A stretch of DNA of 64,000 nt from Alphaproteobacteria bacterium (GCA_965232515.1 CBDDPY010000002.1:5792001-5856000), one strand, 5' to 3'. Positions 37,299 to 49,539 are shown, counted from the stretch's first letter. Program-made: numbers and translations. The notes: a model not told the origin generated them from the sequence alone.

Positions 37299-38297
37299 TC
37301 AGCCGGACAGGCAGCTGTCGGCGTTGGCCTCGTCGCAGACGTCGAGGCCGGTATAGATCGGGTCGGCGACCTGCTTGCCTTCGAGAATGTCCTTCAGGAT
37401 GAACATGGCCTTGTAGCCCATCTCGTAGGGGCGCTGGCCGACCTGGCCGTGGCTGAGTCCGTCCTTCAGGATGTCCATCTGCATCGGCAGCGTGTCGGCG
37501 ACGACCAGCAGGGTCTGCTTGTTCTTGATGCGGTCGATGTGCTTGTCCGCGACCTGCCGATAGGCCTTGGCGACGAATTGCGGGAAGCCGCCGGTCGGCA
37601 CGAAGGCATCTAGTTTCGGATACTTCGCCAGGATGTCGGCCATCTGCTGCACCGACAGCGGGAAGTCGTCGTTGGTATAGAGCGGGCAGCCGTCGACTTC
37701 GGTCCAGCCGTTGGTCCCTTCCAGCCGCTCGCCCGGCGGTTGCGTGCTGGCCTGGCCGGACAGCGTGTCGCGGATACCCTGCATGCGCTCGTTATGATTG
37801 GCGGCCGCGGCGCCACCGGACTGGATGCAGATGCTGCCGCCGCCCGGCTTCATCTGCATGGCGAGCTTGGCGAGATTGACGCCGATATCGTAGTTCTTGG
37901 TGCCGACATAGGTCATGCGCATCTTCTTGTCGCGCTCCAGCAGGTCGGAATCCCAAGTGATTGTCGGAATGCCGGCCGCTTTCGCCGCCTGGAAGATGCG
38001 GGCCATGGCCGGCGCGTTCGACGGCGCCACGGCGATGCCGTCGACCCGGCGGGTAATCAGATCCTGGACGATCTGGATCTGCTCCTGCTCGGTATGCTCG
38101 CCCGGGCCGATATAGAGGCACTCGACGTTCGCCAGCTCGGCTTCGGCCTTCTTGCAGCCGTCGCGCGCCAGGTCGAAGAACGGATTGTTCATCGCCTTCG
38201 GCACGAGCGCGAAGGTGAACGTTTTATCCTGCGCGCCCGCCGTCAGCGGCAGTGCCAGCACGGCCGCGACGATCGCAAGTCCGATGGTACGTTTCAT
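37299..38297 (-). CDS. Sugar ABC transporter substrate-binding protein (CUT2/RbsB-like)
   Basis: Signal peptide, VPKAMNNPFF, VDGIAVAP, WDSD, GQRPYEMGY. Confidence 0.92.
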   Translation of the reverse strand: MKRTIGLAIVAAVLALPLTAGAQDKTFTFALVPKAMNNPFFDLARDGCKKAEAELANVECLYIGPGEHTEQEQIQIVQDLITRRVDGIAVAPSNAPAMARIFQAAKAAGIPTITWDSDLLERDKKMRMTYVGTKNYDIGVNLAKLAMQMKPGGGSICIQSGGAAAANHNERMQGIRDTLSGQASTQPPGERLEGTNGWTEVDGCPLYTNDDFPLSVQQMADILAKYPKLDAFVPTGGFPQFVAKAYRQVADKHIDRIKNKQTLLVVADTLPMQMDILKDGLSHGQVGQRPYEMGYKAMFILKDILEGKQVADPIYTGLDVCDEANADSCLSG

Positions 38298-38345
38298 GAC
38301 AATTCCCTCCCTATCCCAGGTGGATAACGTGGCCGGGCATGCTGT

Positions 38346-39340
38346 TCAGCCCGACCGTTTTCCGCGGACCCGTTCAAGCAGGACCGCGAGAATGATGAAC
38401 AGGCCGACGAAGGCGCCCTGCCAATAGGGGTCGACGCCGGCCAGCAGCAGGCTGTTGCGGATTACCTCGATCAGCGCGGCGCCGATCATCGCGCCATAGG
38501 CGCCGCCCTGTCCGCCCATCAGGTTGGCGCCGCCGATCACGGTCGAGGCGATGACCCGCAACTCGTAGGTCATGCCGAGCGCGTTTGTCACCGCGCCCAG
38601 CCAGCCGACGATCAGGATCGCCGCGACGCCCGCCATCAGGCCGGACATCATATAAACCGTGACCTTGATCATATCGACGGGAACGCCGGTCAGGCGCGCC
38701 GCTTGCTCGTTGCCGCCGATGGCGAACACATGCCGGCCCCAGGCGGTGAAGTTGAAGATGAAGCCGAACAGCAGCGTCAGCACGACAAGCACGATCACGG
38801 GATGCGCGACCCCAAACGTGGTGCCGCCGCCCATGGCGAAGAACAGCTCTTCGTCCGGGCCGAACTGGTAAATCATCTTATTGTTGGAAACGACGAGCGC
38901 CAGGCTGCGCGCGATGCTCAGCATGCCGAGCGTGACGACGAACGGCGAGAGCTGCAGATAGGCGATCAGCACGCCGTTGACTGCACCACAGGCCAGCGCC
39001 GTCAACAGTCCGGCGCTGATGCCGACCCAGAGCGGGAAGCCCGCGTTCAGCACCAGGCCCGTGACGATGCCGACCAGCCCCATGATCGAGCCGACCGAGA
39101 GATCGATACCGGCGGTAATGATCACCGCCGTCATGCCCAGCGCCATGATGCCGATGAAGGCGAAGTTGCGCGTGATGTTGAAGAAGTTCTCGCCGGTCGC
39201 GAAGGCCTCCGACACCATGGACATGACGATGCAGATGCCGACGACAGAGACGGTCACCCAGAACGGCTGACTGCCGGCCAGCTTCTGCAGCGCATTGCTC
39301 TCGCGCTGCGTTGCGATCTGCTGCAGCGAAGCCTGCTCTG

Positions 39341-39344
<4 letters not shown>
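38346..39344 (-). CDS. Sugar ABC transporter permease (RbsC-like)
   Basis: GIDLSVGS, PFVVTLG, AIGGNEQAARLTGV, YELRVIA..VIGG. Confidence 0.92.
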
Positions 39345-40081
<737 letters not shown>

Positions 40082-40232
40082 CAACAGCCCTCCCTGCCGG
40101 GCTTGGCGGCATTCTTGTCATCGGCCCAAGACTATCCGTCCAGGGGCCGTGCCGGCCGCAGTCTTTGGCCGCCATTTGGCGCCCGGCGACCACATTATGC
40201 CCGAGAAAGCAACACCTGCAAGGAAACGCGCG

Positions 40233-41360
40233 CTAACCTTCGGCAATTTCAATCCATTGCTGTTCGGCCGCCGACGCCATCACGGCGTCGATCACCTTCT
40301 GGACCCGCCACGCTTCCCGGAAATCCGGCCAAGCGTCGCGTTCGCCCGCCAGCGCCTCGACCAGGTCGCGAACCTCGATCGTTTTCATGTCGTTGAAGCC
40401 CAATTGGTGGCCCGGCGCCGGACAGAAATCGCCATAAGGTGGATGATCGGGGCCGGCGGTGATGGTCTTGAAGCCATCGCGGCCCGGCGGCTGGCTCGGC
40501 GCATACAGCTTCAGCTCGTTCATCCGTTCCTGCGTAAAGGCGATTGCGCCGCGGCTGCCGGTGATCTCGTATGCCAGCTGCATCTTCCGGCCCGCCGCCA
40601 CCCAGCTGGCTTCGATGACGCCACCGGCGCCGTTGGCAAAGCGTACCAAAGCCCGCGCCTGGTCGTCCTGATCGATCGTGCGGGTTTCCGGCTCGCCGGC
40701 CCGGACCGGGCGTTCCTTCACGACGGTCTCCAGCTGCCCACAGACCGACACGATATCGCCGACGAGGAAACGCGCCATGGAGATCAGGTGACTGCCGAGA
40801 TCGCCCAGCGCGCCGGAACCGCTCGCCGGGTCCAGCCGCCAGCTGAACGGCGTCGCCGGATCCGCCATGTAGTCCTCCGCATGGATGCCGCGAAAGTTCA
40901 CGACCTCACCGATCTCGCCGCTCTGCACGATGTCGCGGGCCAGCGCCGCCATCGGGTTCTTCAGATAATTGAAGCCGACGAAGGTCTTGACCCCGGCGGC
41001 CTCGGCCGCGTCGACCATGGCCTTGGCTTCTTCGGCGGTGGGCGCCAGCGGCTTCTCGCAATAGACATGCTTCCCCGCCGCAATCGCGGCGAGCGCCATG
41101 GGCTTGTGCAGTACGTTCGGCGTCGTGATGTCGACCAGATCGACGGCGGGTTCGGCAACCAGGCTGCGCCAGTCACCCGTGCCGCGGGCGAAGCCGAGAC
41201 TGGCGGCGGTGGCCTGGGCCAGTTTGTCTGTGGCGTCGGCCACGATCTCGAAATGCGGCTCGCGCGACAACGAAAACACGGCGGCGGCGCCGCGAAAGGC
41301 CAGCGTATGCGCGCGGCCCATGAAGCCGCCGCCAATCAATCCGATAGACAGTCGCTGCAT
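40233..41360 (-). CDS. Gfo/Idh/MocA oxidoreductase (inositol dehydrogenase-like)
   Basis: GLIGGGFMGRAH, YCEKPL, GALGDLGSH, PAPGHQLGFND. Confidence 0.9.
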   Translation of the reverse strand: MQRLSIGLIGGGFMGRAHTLAFRGAAAVFSLSREPHFEIVADATDKLAQATAASLGFARGTGDWRSLVAEPAVDLVDITTPNVLHKPMALAAIAAGKHVYCEKPLAPTAEEAKAMVDAAEAAGVKTFVGFNYLKNPMAALARDIVQSGEIGEVVNFRGIHAEDYMADPATPFSWRLDPASGSGALGDLGSHLISMARFLVGDIVSVCGQLETVVKERPVRAGEPETRTIDQDDQARALVRFANGAGGVIEASWVAAGRKMQLAYEITGSRGAIAFTQERMNELKLYAPSQPPGRDGFKTITAGPDHPPYGDFCPAPGHQLGFNDMKTIEVRDLVEALAGERDAWPDFREAWRVQKVIDAVMASAAEQQWIEIAEG

Positions 41361-41392
41361 GTCATGTCCTTCGCTTGCCGTCCACGCGTCGG

Positions 41393-42391
41393 CTAGTAGC
41401 GCACCTCGACGCTGCGGCCGCTGCGCAAAGCTTCATTGGCGGCGTCGGCCAGGATCAGGGCGCGGCGGCCATCCTCAAAGGTGACGGAAGGCTCACGACC
41501 CTGCCCGACCGCGTCGATAAAATCATCGAGCTCGTCGACATAGGCTTCCGGATAGCGTTCGATGAAGAACGGCATCAGGGGGTCGCGCGTCGCGGTGCCG
41601 GCCGGCGTGTAGCGCTCGATATCGGTGGCGCGGCGGTTGTCGGAGCGCACCATGCCCTTGGCGCCGAAGACCTCCACGCGCTGGTCGTATCCGTAGACCG
41701 CGCGGCGCGAGTTGTTGATATGGCAAAGCGCGCCGGACTCGGTGCGCATCAGCACCATGGCCGTGTCGACGTCGCCCATGTCGTTCAGCTGTGGGTCGAC
41801 CATGACACTGCCGAAGGCGCTGATCTCGACCGGCTCCTCGCCCAGCATGAACCGCGCCAGATCGAAATCGTGGATCATCATGTCGCGGAACAGGCCGCCC
41901 GATACGCGCAGGTATTCGACCGGCGCCAGCGAGGGATCGCGGCTGGTGATGATGACCTGCTCGACGGCGCCGACCTCGCCGTCGCGCACCGCCCGCTGCA
42001 CCGCGCGGTGCGTCGGATCGTAGCGACGGTTGAAACCGATCTGCACCGGCACGCCACTGTCCTCGACGACCGTTCGGCAGGCCTCGACGCGGGCGATGTC
42101 GAGGTCGATCGGCTTCTCACACAGCACCGCCTTGCCGGCCGCGACGGCGGCGGTAATGAGCTCGACATGGGTGTCGGTCGACGACGCGATCAGGACTGCG
42201 CCCACGTCATCGTCGGCCAGCGCCTCCTCGACGCTGCGCGCCGACCTGGCGCCGTGCCGTTCGGCCGTCTGGTCCGCCGCCTCGGCATTGACGTCATAGA
42301 CATGTGCCAGGCGCGCGCGCCCGTTGTGGCCGAGATTGTCGGCGTGCATGCGCCCGATGCGCCCGGCGCCGAATAACGCGAACTGCAGCAT
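41393..42391 (-). CDS. iolG: myo-Inositol 2-dehydrogenase
   Basis: GAGRIG, CEKPID, GFNRRYDP, SRDP, GGLFRDMMIHDFD, YGYDQRVE. Confidence 0.92.
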   Translation of the reverse strand: MLQFALFGAGRIGRMHADNLGHNGRARLAHVYDVNAEAADQTAERHGARSARSVEEALADDDVGAVLIASSTDTHVELITAAVAAGKAVLCEKPIDLDIARVEACRTVVEDSGVPVQIGFNRRYDPTHRAVQRAVRDGEVGAVEQVIITSRDPSLAPVEYLRVSGGLFRDMMIHDFDLARFMLGEEPVEISAFGSVMVDPQLNDMGDVDTAMVLMRTESGALCHINNSRRAVYGYDQRVEVFGAKGMVRSDNRRATDIERYTPAGTATRDPLMPFFIERYPEAYVDELDDFIDAVGQGREPSVTFEDGRRALILADAANEALRSGRSVEVRY

Positions 42392-42562
42392 GCTGTCCCT
42401 CCCTTGCCCGGTTTCCGGCGACGGCTTCGACCTATGTCGTGCCGTTGAATTGCCGTAAGGTCAGCTTAACGACAAACCGGGGTCAATGCGGAATCGACGT
42501 TGCCGCGGCGGCTGAACCGATCATGGCATCGACCCCGATAGAAACAGTCAGGGGAGAGCCGC

Positions 42563-44407
42563 ATGAAGACCGTTCGTCTCACCATGGCGCAAGCGCTGGT
42601 GACCTACCTTACACGCCAGCGCACCGTTATCGATGGCCAGGAGCTGCCGTTGTTCGCGGGCGTGTTCGCCATCTTCGGCCATGGCAACGTGACCTGTCTC
42701 GGCGAAGCGCTGAATGATGTGCGCGAGGCCTTGCCGACCTGGCGCGGCCAGAACGAGCAGTCGATGGCGTTGGCCGCGGTCGGCTTCGCGAAGGCCAAAC
42801 GGCGCCGGCAGATCATGGTCGCCACCAGCTCGATCGGACCGGGCGCCACCAACATGATTACCGCGGCGGGCGTAGCCCATTCGAACCGCCTGCCGATCCT
42901 GATCCTGTCCGGCGACACCTTCGCCAATCGTATTCCCGACCCGGTGCTGCAGCAGGTCGAGCATTTCGATAACCCGACCACGACGGTCAACGATGCCTTC
43001 CGGGCCGTCAGCCGCTACTGGGACCGCATTACGCGGCCCGAACAGATCGTCGAGTCACTGCCGCAGGCCGTGGCGACCATGCTCGACCCGGCGGATTGCG
43101 GCCCGGCCTTCATCGGTCTTTCCCAGGACGCGCAGGGTGAGGCCTTCGACTATCCGGAAGTGTTCTTCGAGCCCAAGACGCATTTGGTGCGCCAGCCGCG
43201 ACCCGATCTGCGCGAGCTGTCGGCCGCGGCCGACCTCATGCGCGGCGCTAGGAAACCGCTGATCGTCGCCGGCGGCGGCGTTCACTACGCTCTCGGCGCG
43301 GCGGCGCTGGCCAGTTTTGCCACGACCCACAACGTGCCGGTCGTCGAGACCATCGCCGGTCGCGCGACGCTGCCGCACGACCATCCGATGAATGCCGGCC
43401 CGTTGGGCGTGATCGGCAGCGCGTCGGCCAATACGCTCGCCGCCGAGGCGGATGTCGTGCTGGCCGTGGGCACGCGGCTTCAGGATTTCACCACCGGCTC
43501 GTGGACCGTGTTCCAGAATCCGGCGATGCGCCTTATCGCGCTCAACGCAGCGCGCTACGATTCAACCAAGCATCGTGCGCAGCCGCTGGTCGGCGACGCT
43601 CTGGTCGGCATCCAGGAACTCGGCGCGTCGCTGGGCGATTGGCGGGCGCCGTCCGACTGGGCGGCGAAGGCGGCGTCGGAATATGCGACCTGGAACGAAG
43701 TCGTCGACCAGGCCACCGGACCGACGAATGCCGAGCTGCCGGCTTATGCCCATGTCGTCGGTGCGATCAATCGCAAGGCGGGCGACAAGGATCTGGTGCT
43801 GACGGCGGCGGGCGGCCTGCCGGGCGAGCTGGCCAAGAACTGGAAGGCGAAAACGCCGGGCACGTTCGACTGCGAGTTCGGTTTCAGTTGCATGGGCTAC
43901 GAGATCGCCGGCGGCTGGGGCGCCAAGATGGCGCGGCCCGACGACGATGTCATCGTCTTCGTCGGCGACGGTTCGTATCTGATGCTGAACAGCGATATCT
44001 ACAGCTCGGTCCTGACCGGGCACAAGCTGATCGTCGTGGTCTGCGACAATGGCGGGTTCGCCGTGATCAATCGGCTGCAGAATTTCAAGGGCAGCGCCTC
44101 GTTCAACAACTTGCTGGACGACTGCCGCGCCGAGAACGACGTGCGGGTCGATTTCGCCAAGCATGCGGAAAGCATGGGCGCCATCGCCGAGACCGTCGCC
44201 GGCATCGGCGAGCTGGAGCAGGCCTTCGATCGGGCCAAGGCCGCGGACCGCACCTACGTGATCGTCATCAAGACGCACCCGGCGGAATGGACGGAGGGCG
44301 ACGCCTGGTGGGATGTCGGCGTGCCCGAGGTCAGCCAACGCGAGGCGGTGCGCGCCGCCCGTGCCGAGCACGATGCCGGCAAGCGTCAGCAGCGCGTCGG
44401 TGTTTGA
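42563..44407 (+). CDS. iolD: 3D-(3,5/4)-trihydroxycyclohexane-1,2-dione acylhydrolase
   Basis: RLTMAQAL, IFGHGNV, NEQSMA, PDPVLQQVE, EFGFSCMGYE, GDGSYLM, WWDVGVPEVS. Confidence 0.95.
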   Translation: MKTVRLTMAQALVTYLTRQRTVIDGQELPLFAGVFAIFGHGNVTCLGEALNDVREALPTWRGQNEQSMALAAVGFAKAKRRRQIMVATSSIGPGATNMITAAGVAHSNRLPILILSGDTFANRIPDPVLQQVEHFDNPTTTVNDAFRAVSRYWDRITRPEQIVESLPQAVATMLDPADCGPAFIGLSQDAQGEAFDYPEVFFEPKTHLVRQPRPDLRELSAAADLMRGARKPLIVAGGGVHYALGAAALASFATTHNVPVVETIAGRATLPHDHPMNAGPLGVIGSASANTLAAEADVVLAVGTRLQDFTTGSWTVFQNPAMRLIALNAARYDSTKHRAQPLVGDALVGIQELGASLGDWRAPSDWAAKAASEYATWNEVVDQATGPTNAELPAYAHVVGAINRKAGDKDLVLTAAGGLPGELAKNWKAKTPGTFDCEFGFSCMGYEIAGGWGAKMARPDDDVIVFVGDGSYLMLNSDIYSSVLTGHKLIVVVCDNGGFAVINRLQNFKGSASFNNLLDDCRAENDVRVDFAKHAESMGAIAETVAGIGELEQAFDRAKAADRTYVIVIKTHPAEWTEGDAWWDVGVPEVSQREAVRAARAEHDAGKRQQRVGV

Positions 44408-44410
44408 GCC

Positions 44411-45310
44411 ATGAAGATCAGATTGGGCGTCGCGCCGATCGCCTGGACCAACAGCGATCTGCCGGAACTGGGCGGGGACGTCAGTCTGGAGCAGTGTCTG
44501 CGCGAGAGCCGGGCGGCCGGGTATTCCGGTACCGAGACCGGCGTGAAGTTTCCCCTCGATGCCCGGACGCTCGGCCCCGTACTGGCCGAGCATGGCCTGC
44601 GGCTGGCCTCGGGTTGGTTCTCGGGCCGATTGCTGGAAGTGTCGCTCGACGAGGAAAAGCGCCGGTTGGAACCCCAGCTCGCGTGTTTTGCCGAGCTCGG
44701 CGCGCCGGTCCTGGTCTATGCCGAGACCAGCGGCAGCGTCCAGACCATCAGGGACCGGCCCGTCCGCGAACGGCCGCGAATGACGCCGGACGAGATCGCC
44801 AGGTATGGCGAGAAACTGACGGCCCTGGCCGAGCATATGCGGGATCGGGGCGTGCCCATGGCCTACCACCACCATATGGGCACGGTGATCGAGACGGACA
44901 CGGATATCGATGCCCTGATGGCCGGCACCGGCCCTGCCGTCGGATTGGCCCTCGATACCGGGCACGTGACCTATGCCGGCGGTGACGTGCTGGCGATCAT
45001 CGAGCGTCATGGCGCGCGCATCAACCACGTCCATTGCAAGGACATACGCGATGACGTTCTGGCGCGGGCGCATGCGGCCGATATGAGCTTTCTCGAATCC
45101 GTCATCGCCGGTGTCTTCACGGTGCCGGGCGACGGCTGCATCGACTTTGCCGGCGTCGCCCGGGGGCTGGCGGATGCCCGCTATCGCGGCTGGGTCGTGG
45201 TCGAGGCCGAGCAAGACCCCGAAAAGGCGCCGCCGTTCGAATACGCCAAGCTTGGCCACGCGCATCTGAGCGACGTGTTCGTCGCTGCCGGGTTCAAGAT
45301 TGCCCATTGA
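44411..45310 (+). CDS. iolE: myo-Inosose-2 dehydratase
   Basis: [42 protein letters not shown]. Confidence 0.95.
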   Translation: MKIRLGVAPIAWTNSDLPELGGDVSLEQCLRESRAAGYSGTETGVKFPLDARTLGPVLAEHGLRLASGWFSGRLLEVSLDEEKRRLEPQLACFAELGAPVLVYAETSGSVQTIRDRPVRERPRMTPDEIARYGEKLTALAEHMRDRGVPMAYHHHMGTVIETDTDIDALMAGTGPAVGLALDTGHVTYAGGDVLAIIERHGARINHVHCKDIRDDVLARAHAADMSFLESVIAGVFTVPGDGCIDFAGVARGLADARYRGWVVVEAEQDPEKAPPFEYAKLGHAHLSDVFVAAGFKIAH

Positions 45311-45341
45311 TGACGCGAAATCCGAAGATGGAACGCCCGGG

Positions 45342-46151
45342 ATGTCCGATTTGAGCAAGCAGTTCGACGGCCAGATCGCCGTCGTTACCGGCGGTACGCA
45401 AGGCCTGGGCGAAGCCGCGGCGCGGTTGTTCGCCGCGCGCGGCGCGGCCGGCCTGGTGATCTGCGGCCGCAATCCGGAACGCGGCCAGCGGGTGGCCGCC
45501 GACCTGACGGCGGCGGGTTGCGAGACCCGGTTCGTTGCCGCCGACCTGGCCGACGTCGATGCTTGCGCCCGCGTGATCGCCGAGGCTGACAGGGCCTTCG
45601 GCCGGATCCATAGCCTGATCAACTGCGCCGCCATCACGGACCGGGGGACGGTCTGGGATACCTCGCCCGCGCTCTGGGACCGGCTGTTCGCGATCAATAC
45701 CCGGGCGCCGTTCTTTCTGCTGCAGGGCGCGGCCAAGGTGATGCGGCGGGAGGGCATTGCCGGCACCGTCGTCAACATCATCAGCATGTCGAGCCATGGC
45801 GGGCAGCCGTTCATTACCGCTTACAGCGCCTCCAAGGGCGCGCTGGCGACGCTGACTCGGAACGCGGCGTTCTCGCTGATGCGGGACCGGATCAGGGTGA
45901 ACGGCCTGAACATCGGCTGGACCGACACGCCGGGCGAGCACCAGATCCAAACGAACTTTCACGGCGCCGACGACGGCTGGCTGGCCGAGGCCGAGCGGCG
46001 GCAACCCTTCGGCCGCCTGATCAAGCCCGACGAGGTGGCCCGTGCCATCGCCTTCCTGGCGTCCGACGAATCCGGTCTGATGACGGGATCGATCGTCGAC
46101 TTCGACCAGTCGGTCCTGGGCGCCTACGAGGCGCCGCCTCAGCCGGCGTAG
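45342..46151 (+). CDS. SDR family oxidoreductase (iol-associated)
   Basis: [21 protein letters not shown]; follows iolE. Confidence 0.9.
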   Translation: MSDLSKQFDGQIAVVTGGTQGLGEAAARLFAARGAAGLVICGRNPERGQRVAADLTAAGCETRFVAADLADVDACARVIAEADRAFGRIHSLINCAAITDRGTVWDTSPALWDRLFAINTRAPFFLLQGAAKVMRREGIAGTVVNIISMSSHGGQPFITAYSASKGALATLTRNAAFSLMRDRIRVNGLNIGWTDTPGEHQIQTNFHGADDGWLAEAERRQPFGRLIKPDEVARAIAFLASDESGLMTGSIVDFDQSVLGAYEAPPQPA

Positions 46152-47596
46152 GCCGGCGGCGGCGTGAACCCGCCGAACGTCTCGGCCAGGAGCTGGGCAA
46201 AGCGGATCGCCGTTCGCTCGCCGTATTCGGGCGCGACGATCTGCAGGCCGACGGGCAGGCCCGCTGGCGTCTGGCCGATCGGCGCGATCACCGACGGCAG
46301 GTAGACGGCGCCGGTCATGCCGGCCCAGAACAACTGCTGGAAATACGGCAGCGGCTTGCCGTTGACCGTCAGCGTGCGGGCATTGCTGTCCGCGCTCTGG
46401 TCGTGCGGAAACGCCGCCGTCACCGAGATCGGGCAAAGCAGCAGATCGTGGTCTTGGAAGAACTCATGCCAGCGGTAGCGCATATGCGTGCGCGCTTCAT
46501 TGGCCGCCAGCCAGTCGCGGTGATAGCCGACCGTGGCCCGCGTGGCGACCGCGCCGTCGCTGAAATCGTCGTCGGCCAGTCCGGTCAGCCGTTCCTTGGC
46601 CGCGGCAACGGCTTCCGGCGGTTGCCGGCTGGTGACGACGGCATAGAGCAGCCAGAGATAGATCCGGTGCGCCTCGGCAAAATCGATCTCCGGCCGCGCC
46701 GCGTCGTCGATCTCGGCGCCGCACTTGGCGATGACGTCCACGGCCCTCTGGATGCGATCGCCGACCTCGGGGTCGACGGGGGCGTGCTCTGAATCGGGCC
46801 AGACGGCGACGCGAAAGTCGCTCAGCTGCTGTTGCCGCGCCGGCGGCAGGTCGAGCTTCCAGCCGCCCGCTTGCAGTACATCCGGACCGGACATCACGTT
46901 CAGGGCCAGGTCCAGGTCGTCGGCGCTTCGGGCCAGCGGCCCGACCACGGAAATGTCCGACGGCGTCAGGATGCCCGGCATGGCGTGGCCGCGGGGCGGC
47001 AGAATGCCCCAGGTCGGCTTCAGACCGTAGACGCCGCAATAGTGCGCCGGATTGCGGATCGAGCCGCCGATATCGCTGCCGGCCTCCAGGCCGGTCATGC
47101 CGCTGGCCAGCGCCGCGGCCGAGCCGCCCGACGAGCCGCCGGGCGTTCGGCCGTGATCCCAGGGGTTGTTCGTGGTGCCGTAGACGTCATTGTAGCTCTG
47201 AAAGTCGGCCAGCAGGAGCGGCACATTTGTCTTGCCGAAGATCACCGCGCCGGCGTTCAGCAGGCGGTCGACCTGAACGGCGTTGCGGGGCGCGATGCTG
47301 TCCTTCAATGCCGGCACGCCCCAGGTCGTGGGCAGGCCTTCGATATCGAACGACTCTTTCAGCGTCATCGGCAGGCCATGCAGCGGCCCCCAGCTTTCGC
47401 CATTGGCGAGGGCTTCGTCCGCGGCGGCCGCCCGGGCCCGCGCGCGCTCGATGTCCGTGACGACAATGGCGTTGATGTCATCGTTGAAGCTGTCGACCCG
47501 GCTCAGATAGTGCTCGAGCAGTTCGACGCAGCCAATACGGCGTTCGGCGAGGTCGGCACAGAGCTTGGTGGCGGCGGAGAAGGCGATATCGGTCAT
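46139..47596 (-). CDS. Amidase (amidase-signature family)
   Basis: [40 protein letters not shown]. Confidence 0.93.
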   Translation of the reverse strand: MTDIAFSAATKLCADLAERRIGCVELLEHYLSRVDSFNDDINAIVVTDIERARARAAAADEALANGESWGPLHGLPMTLKESFDIEGLPTTWGVPALKDSIAPRNAVQVDRLLNAGAVIFGKTNVPLLLADFQSYNDVYGTTNNPWDHGRTPGGSSGGSAAALASGMTGLEAGSDIGGSIRNPAHYCGVYGLKPTWGILPPRGHAMPGILTPSDISVVGPLARSADDLDLALNVMSGPDVLQAGGWKLDLPPARQQQLSDFRVAVWPDSEHAPVDPEVGDRIQRAVDVIAKCGAEIDDAARPEIDFAEAHRIYLWLLYAVVTSRQPPEAVAAAKERLTGLADDDFSDGAVATRATVGYHRDWLAANEARTHMRYRWHEFFQDHDLLLCPISVTAAFPHDQSADSNARTLTVNGKPLPYFQQLFWAGMTGAVYLPSVIAPIGQTPAGLPVGLQIVAPEYGERTAIRFAQLLAETFGGFTPPPAYAG

Positions 47597-47878
47597 TTCT
47601 CGAAGCTTTATTCTGCGACCCGCGAGGGTCCGGGCAAGATTTCGTCGGCGACGCGCCGGGATGACCAGTATGGCGGAAATTGACGGCCGCGAAAATCGCC
47701 CGGTCGTCCGGTCGGCCGGTGGTCAGGCGCAATAGGCCGACTTAACCCTTCATTCACGCCGATTTTCTATCCTGAGCGTGTATGCGTGCCACAGGGGGCG
47801 GCGGCACGTTGTACCCAGCCCTGGTCGCCGTTCGGTGCGGCGACCGTGGTGCGTAGTGACCGCGAGCGTGATCTCCGA

Positions 47879-48469
47879 ATGTCAGAAATCGGCGAAAATC
47901 GTATTGGCCTATCGAGCAGTCCGCTGGAGCTGTCGCGGCTGCAGGTGCTCGTGGTCGACGACAATCTGCATATGCGCAAGCTGATCAAGACGATCCTCTA
48001 TGCGCTCGGGATCAAGGGTTTGCGCGAGGCCACGGACGGCGCCGAAGCGTTAAAGGAGCTTAAGACGTTTCCAGCCGATCTGGTGCTGACCGATTGGCTC
48101 ATGGAGCCCGTCGACGGAATCGAGCTGGTGCGTCAGATCCGCAACGGCAAGAACAGCACGAACGAGTATCTGCCCGTTGTGATGATTTCGGGCCATTCGA
48201 GCCGCGATGCCATCGTCCAGGCCCGCGACGCCGGCGTGAACGAGTTTCTGGTCAAACCAATCTCGGCCAAGGGGCTGTACCAGCGCATCGTCTCGATCAT
48301 TGAGCGACCGCGGCCGTTCGTACGCACGAAGAGCTTTTTCGGCCCCTGCCGGCGACGGCACAACTGGTCGCAATACACCGGGCCGGAGCGCCGCAATCTG
48401 GACGAAAACGCCGACGGTCCGATGTCGCAAGAGGATGTCAACGATTTGCTGGATGCGCTCGATGGCTAG
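47879..48469 (+). CDS. CheY-like response regulator with an Arg-rich C-terminal extension (Cle-like)
   Basis: REC domain (VVDD, TDW, KP) followed by FFGPCRRR...YTGPERR. Confidence 0.85.
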   Translation: MSEIGENRIGLSSSPLELSRLQVLVVDDNLHMRKLIKTILYALGIKGLREATDGAEALKELKTFPADLVLTDWLMEPVDGIELVRQIRNGKNSTNEYLPVVMISGHSSRDAIVQARDAGVNEFLVKPISAKGLYQRIVSIIERPRPFVRTKSFFGPCRRRHNWSQYTGPERRNLDENADGPMSQEDVNDLLDALDG

Positions 48470-48502
48470 ACGATCAGCGCCGAGCGGCGGATTCGAAAGG
48501 GA

Positions 48503-49021
48503 TTGAACGTGAGCGGAAAGTCAAAACGCCCGGCGTCGACATCCACCAAAGGCAAATCCTCGAAATTCGAGGAGATCAACCCGCCGAACACGCTGCGCGA
48601 CAAGGTGGGCAGCGGTTCGGGCATGAACCGCGCTTTTCTGGAGCGGGCGGAAGCAGCGATCGAGGATCTGCGTGTCGACTTCGAAGCGCATCTGTTCGAC
48701 GAAGTCGAGCGGATCACGACGATGTTCTCGGAGATGACGGCAGCCGGCGCATTCCGGCCGCGTGAACTCTATCTCGTGGCGCATGAGCTGCGCGGCGAGG
48801 CTGGCAGTTTCGACTACAAGTTGCTGAGTCAATTTGGCGATACGCTCTGCGAGCTGCTGCAGGACAAATCCGATCTGTCGCCGCGCGAGGTCGAGATCGT
48901 CGGGTCGCACATCGACGCCATGCGAGCGGTCGTCAGGCGGCAGGTCAAAGGCGACGGCGGCGTCGTCGGTCAAGAGTTGGCCGAAGGCCTTCAATCCATG
49001 GTGGTGATCCAAGACAGATGA
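48503..49021 (+). CDS. Hpt-like domain protein
   Basis: AHELRGEAGSFDY Hpt His motif, N-terminal PPNTLRDKV; start (TTG or GTG) uncertain. Confidence 0.78.
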   Translation: MNVSGKSKRPASTSTKGKSSKFEEINPPNTLRDKVGSGSGMNRAFLERAEAAIEDLRVDFEAHLFDEVERITTMFSEMTAAGAFRPRELYLVAHELRGEAGSFDYKLLSQFGDTLCELLQDKSDLSPREVEIVGSHIDAMRAVVRRQVKGDGGVVGQELAEGLQSMVVIQDR

Positions 49022-49224
49022 CGGCGCCACGCCGGAAGTGCGCGCGCTCTAACGGCGTCGTCCATAGTCAAACGACAGGCTCGCCAGCGAAGATCGTTGA
49101 TTTGCGTAGGACTTCATTAATGGAAAACCACTAATCATGCGTTGGGCAATTCCGGAATGTGCGATTTCCGATCGCGTCACTCCGGCCGAGAGGATTCGAT
49201 GCTGCCGATTAGTGGTTGATCGCG

Positions 49225-49539
49225 ATGATTGGTTTTGACTTGAAGACAAACGACGACGGCGCCGAGATCGAGCTGGCTTCCGTTATGGACATGCGCGCCG
49301 CCGAGCCGTTGAAGGCGACGCTGTTGGAAGCGCTCGCCGGACAGCAGCCGCTTTCGATCAAGGCCGACGCCGTCGATCGCATGTCGACGCCTTGCATCCA
49401 AGTACTGATCGCGGCGGCGACAGCGATGCAGCGCACGGAAATGCCTTTCAAACTGACCGGACCGAGCGACGCATTCATCGATGCCTTCAACGATCTCGGA
49501 TTGTTTCCGGTGCTCAAGCAATGGGACATCGAAAAATGA
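49225..49539 (+). CDS. STAS-domain chemotaxis protein (CheS/CheX-like of alphaproteobacterial che operons)
   Basis: L..VMD.RAAEPLK..LL, ADAVDRMSTPCIQVL, PSDAF..AFNDLGL; ATGA overlap with cheY. Confidence 0.85.
   Translation: MIGFDLKTNDDGAEIELASVMDMRAAEPLKATLLEALAGQQPLSIKADAVDRMSTPCIQVLIAAATAMQRTEMPFKLTGPSDAFIDAFNDLGLFPVLKQWDIEK

Noticed and set aside
46139-46151. 13-bp overlap of the convergent SDR and amidase 3' ends as a regulatory feature
   Set aside because: Short convergent overlaps are common and nothing else supports a function.
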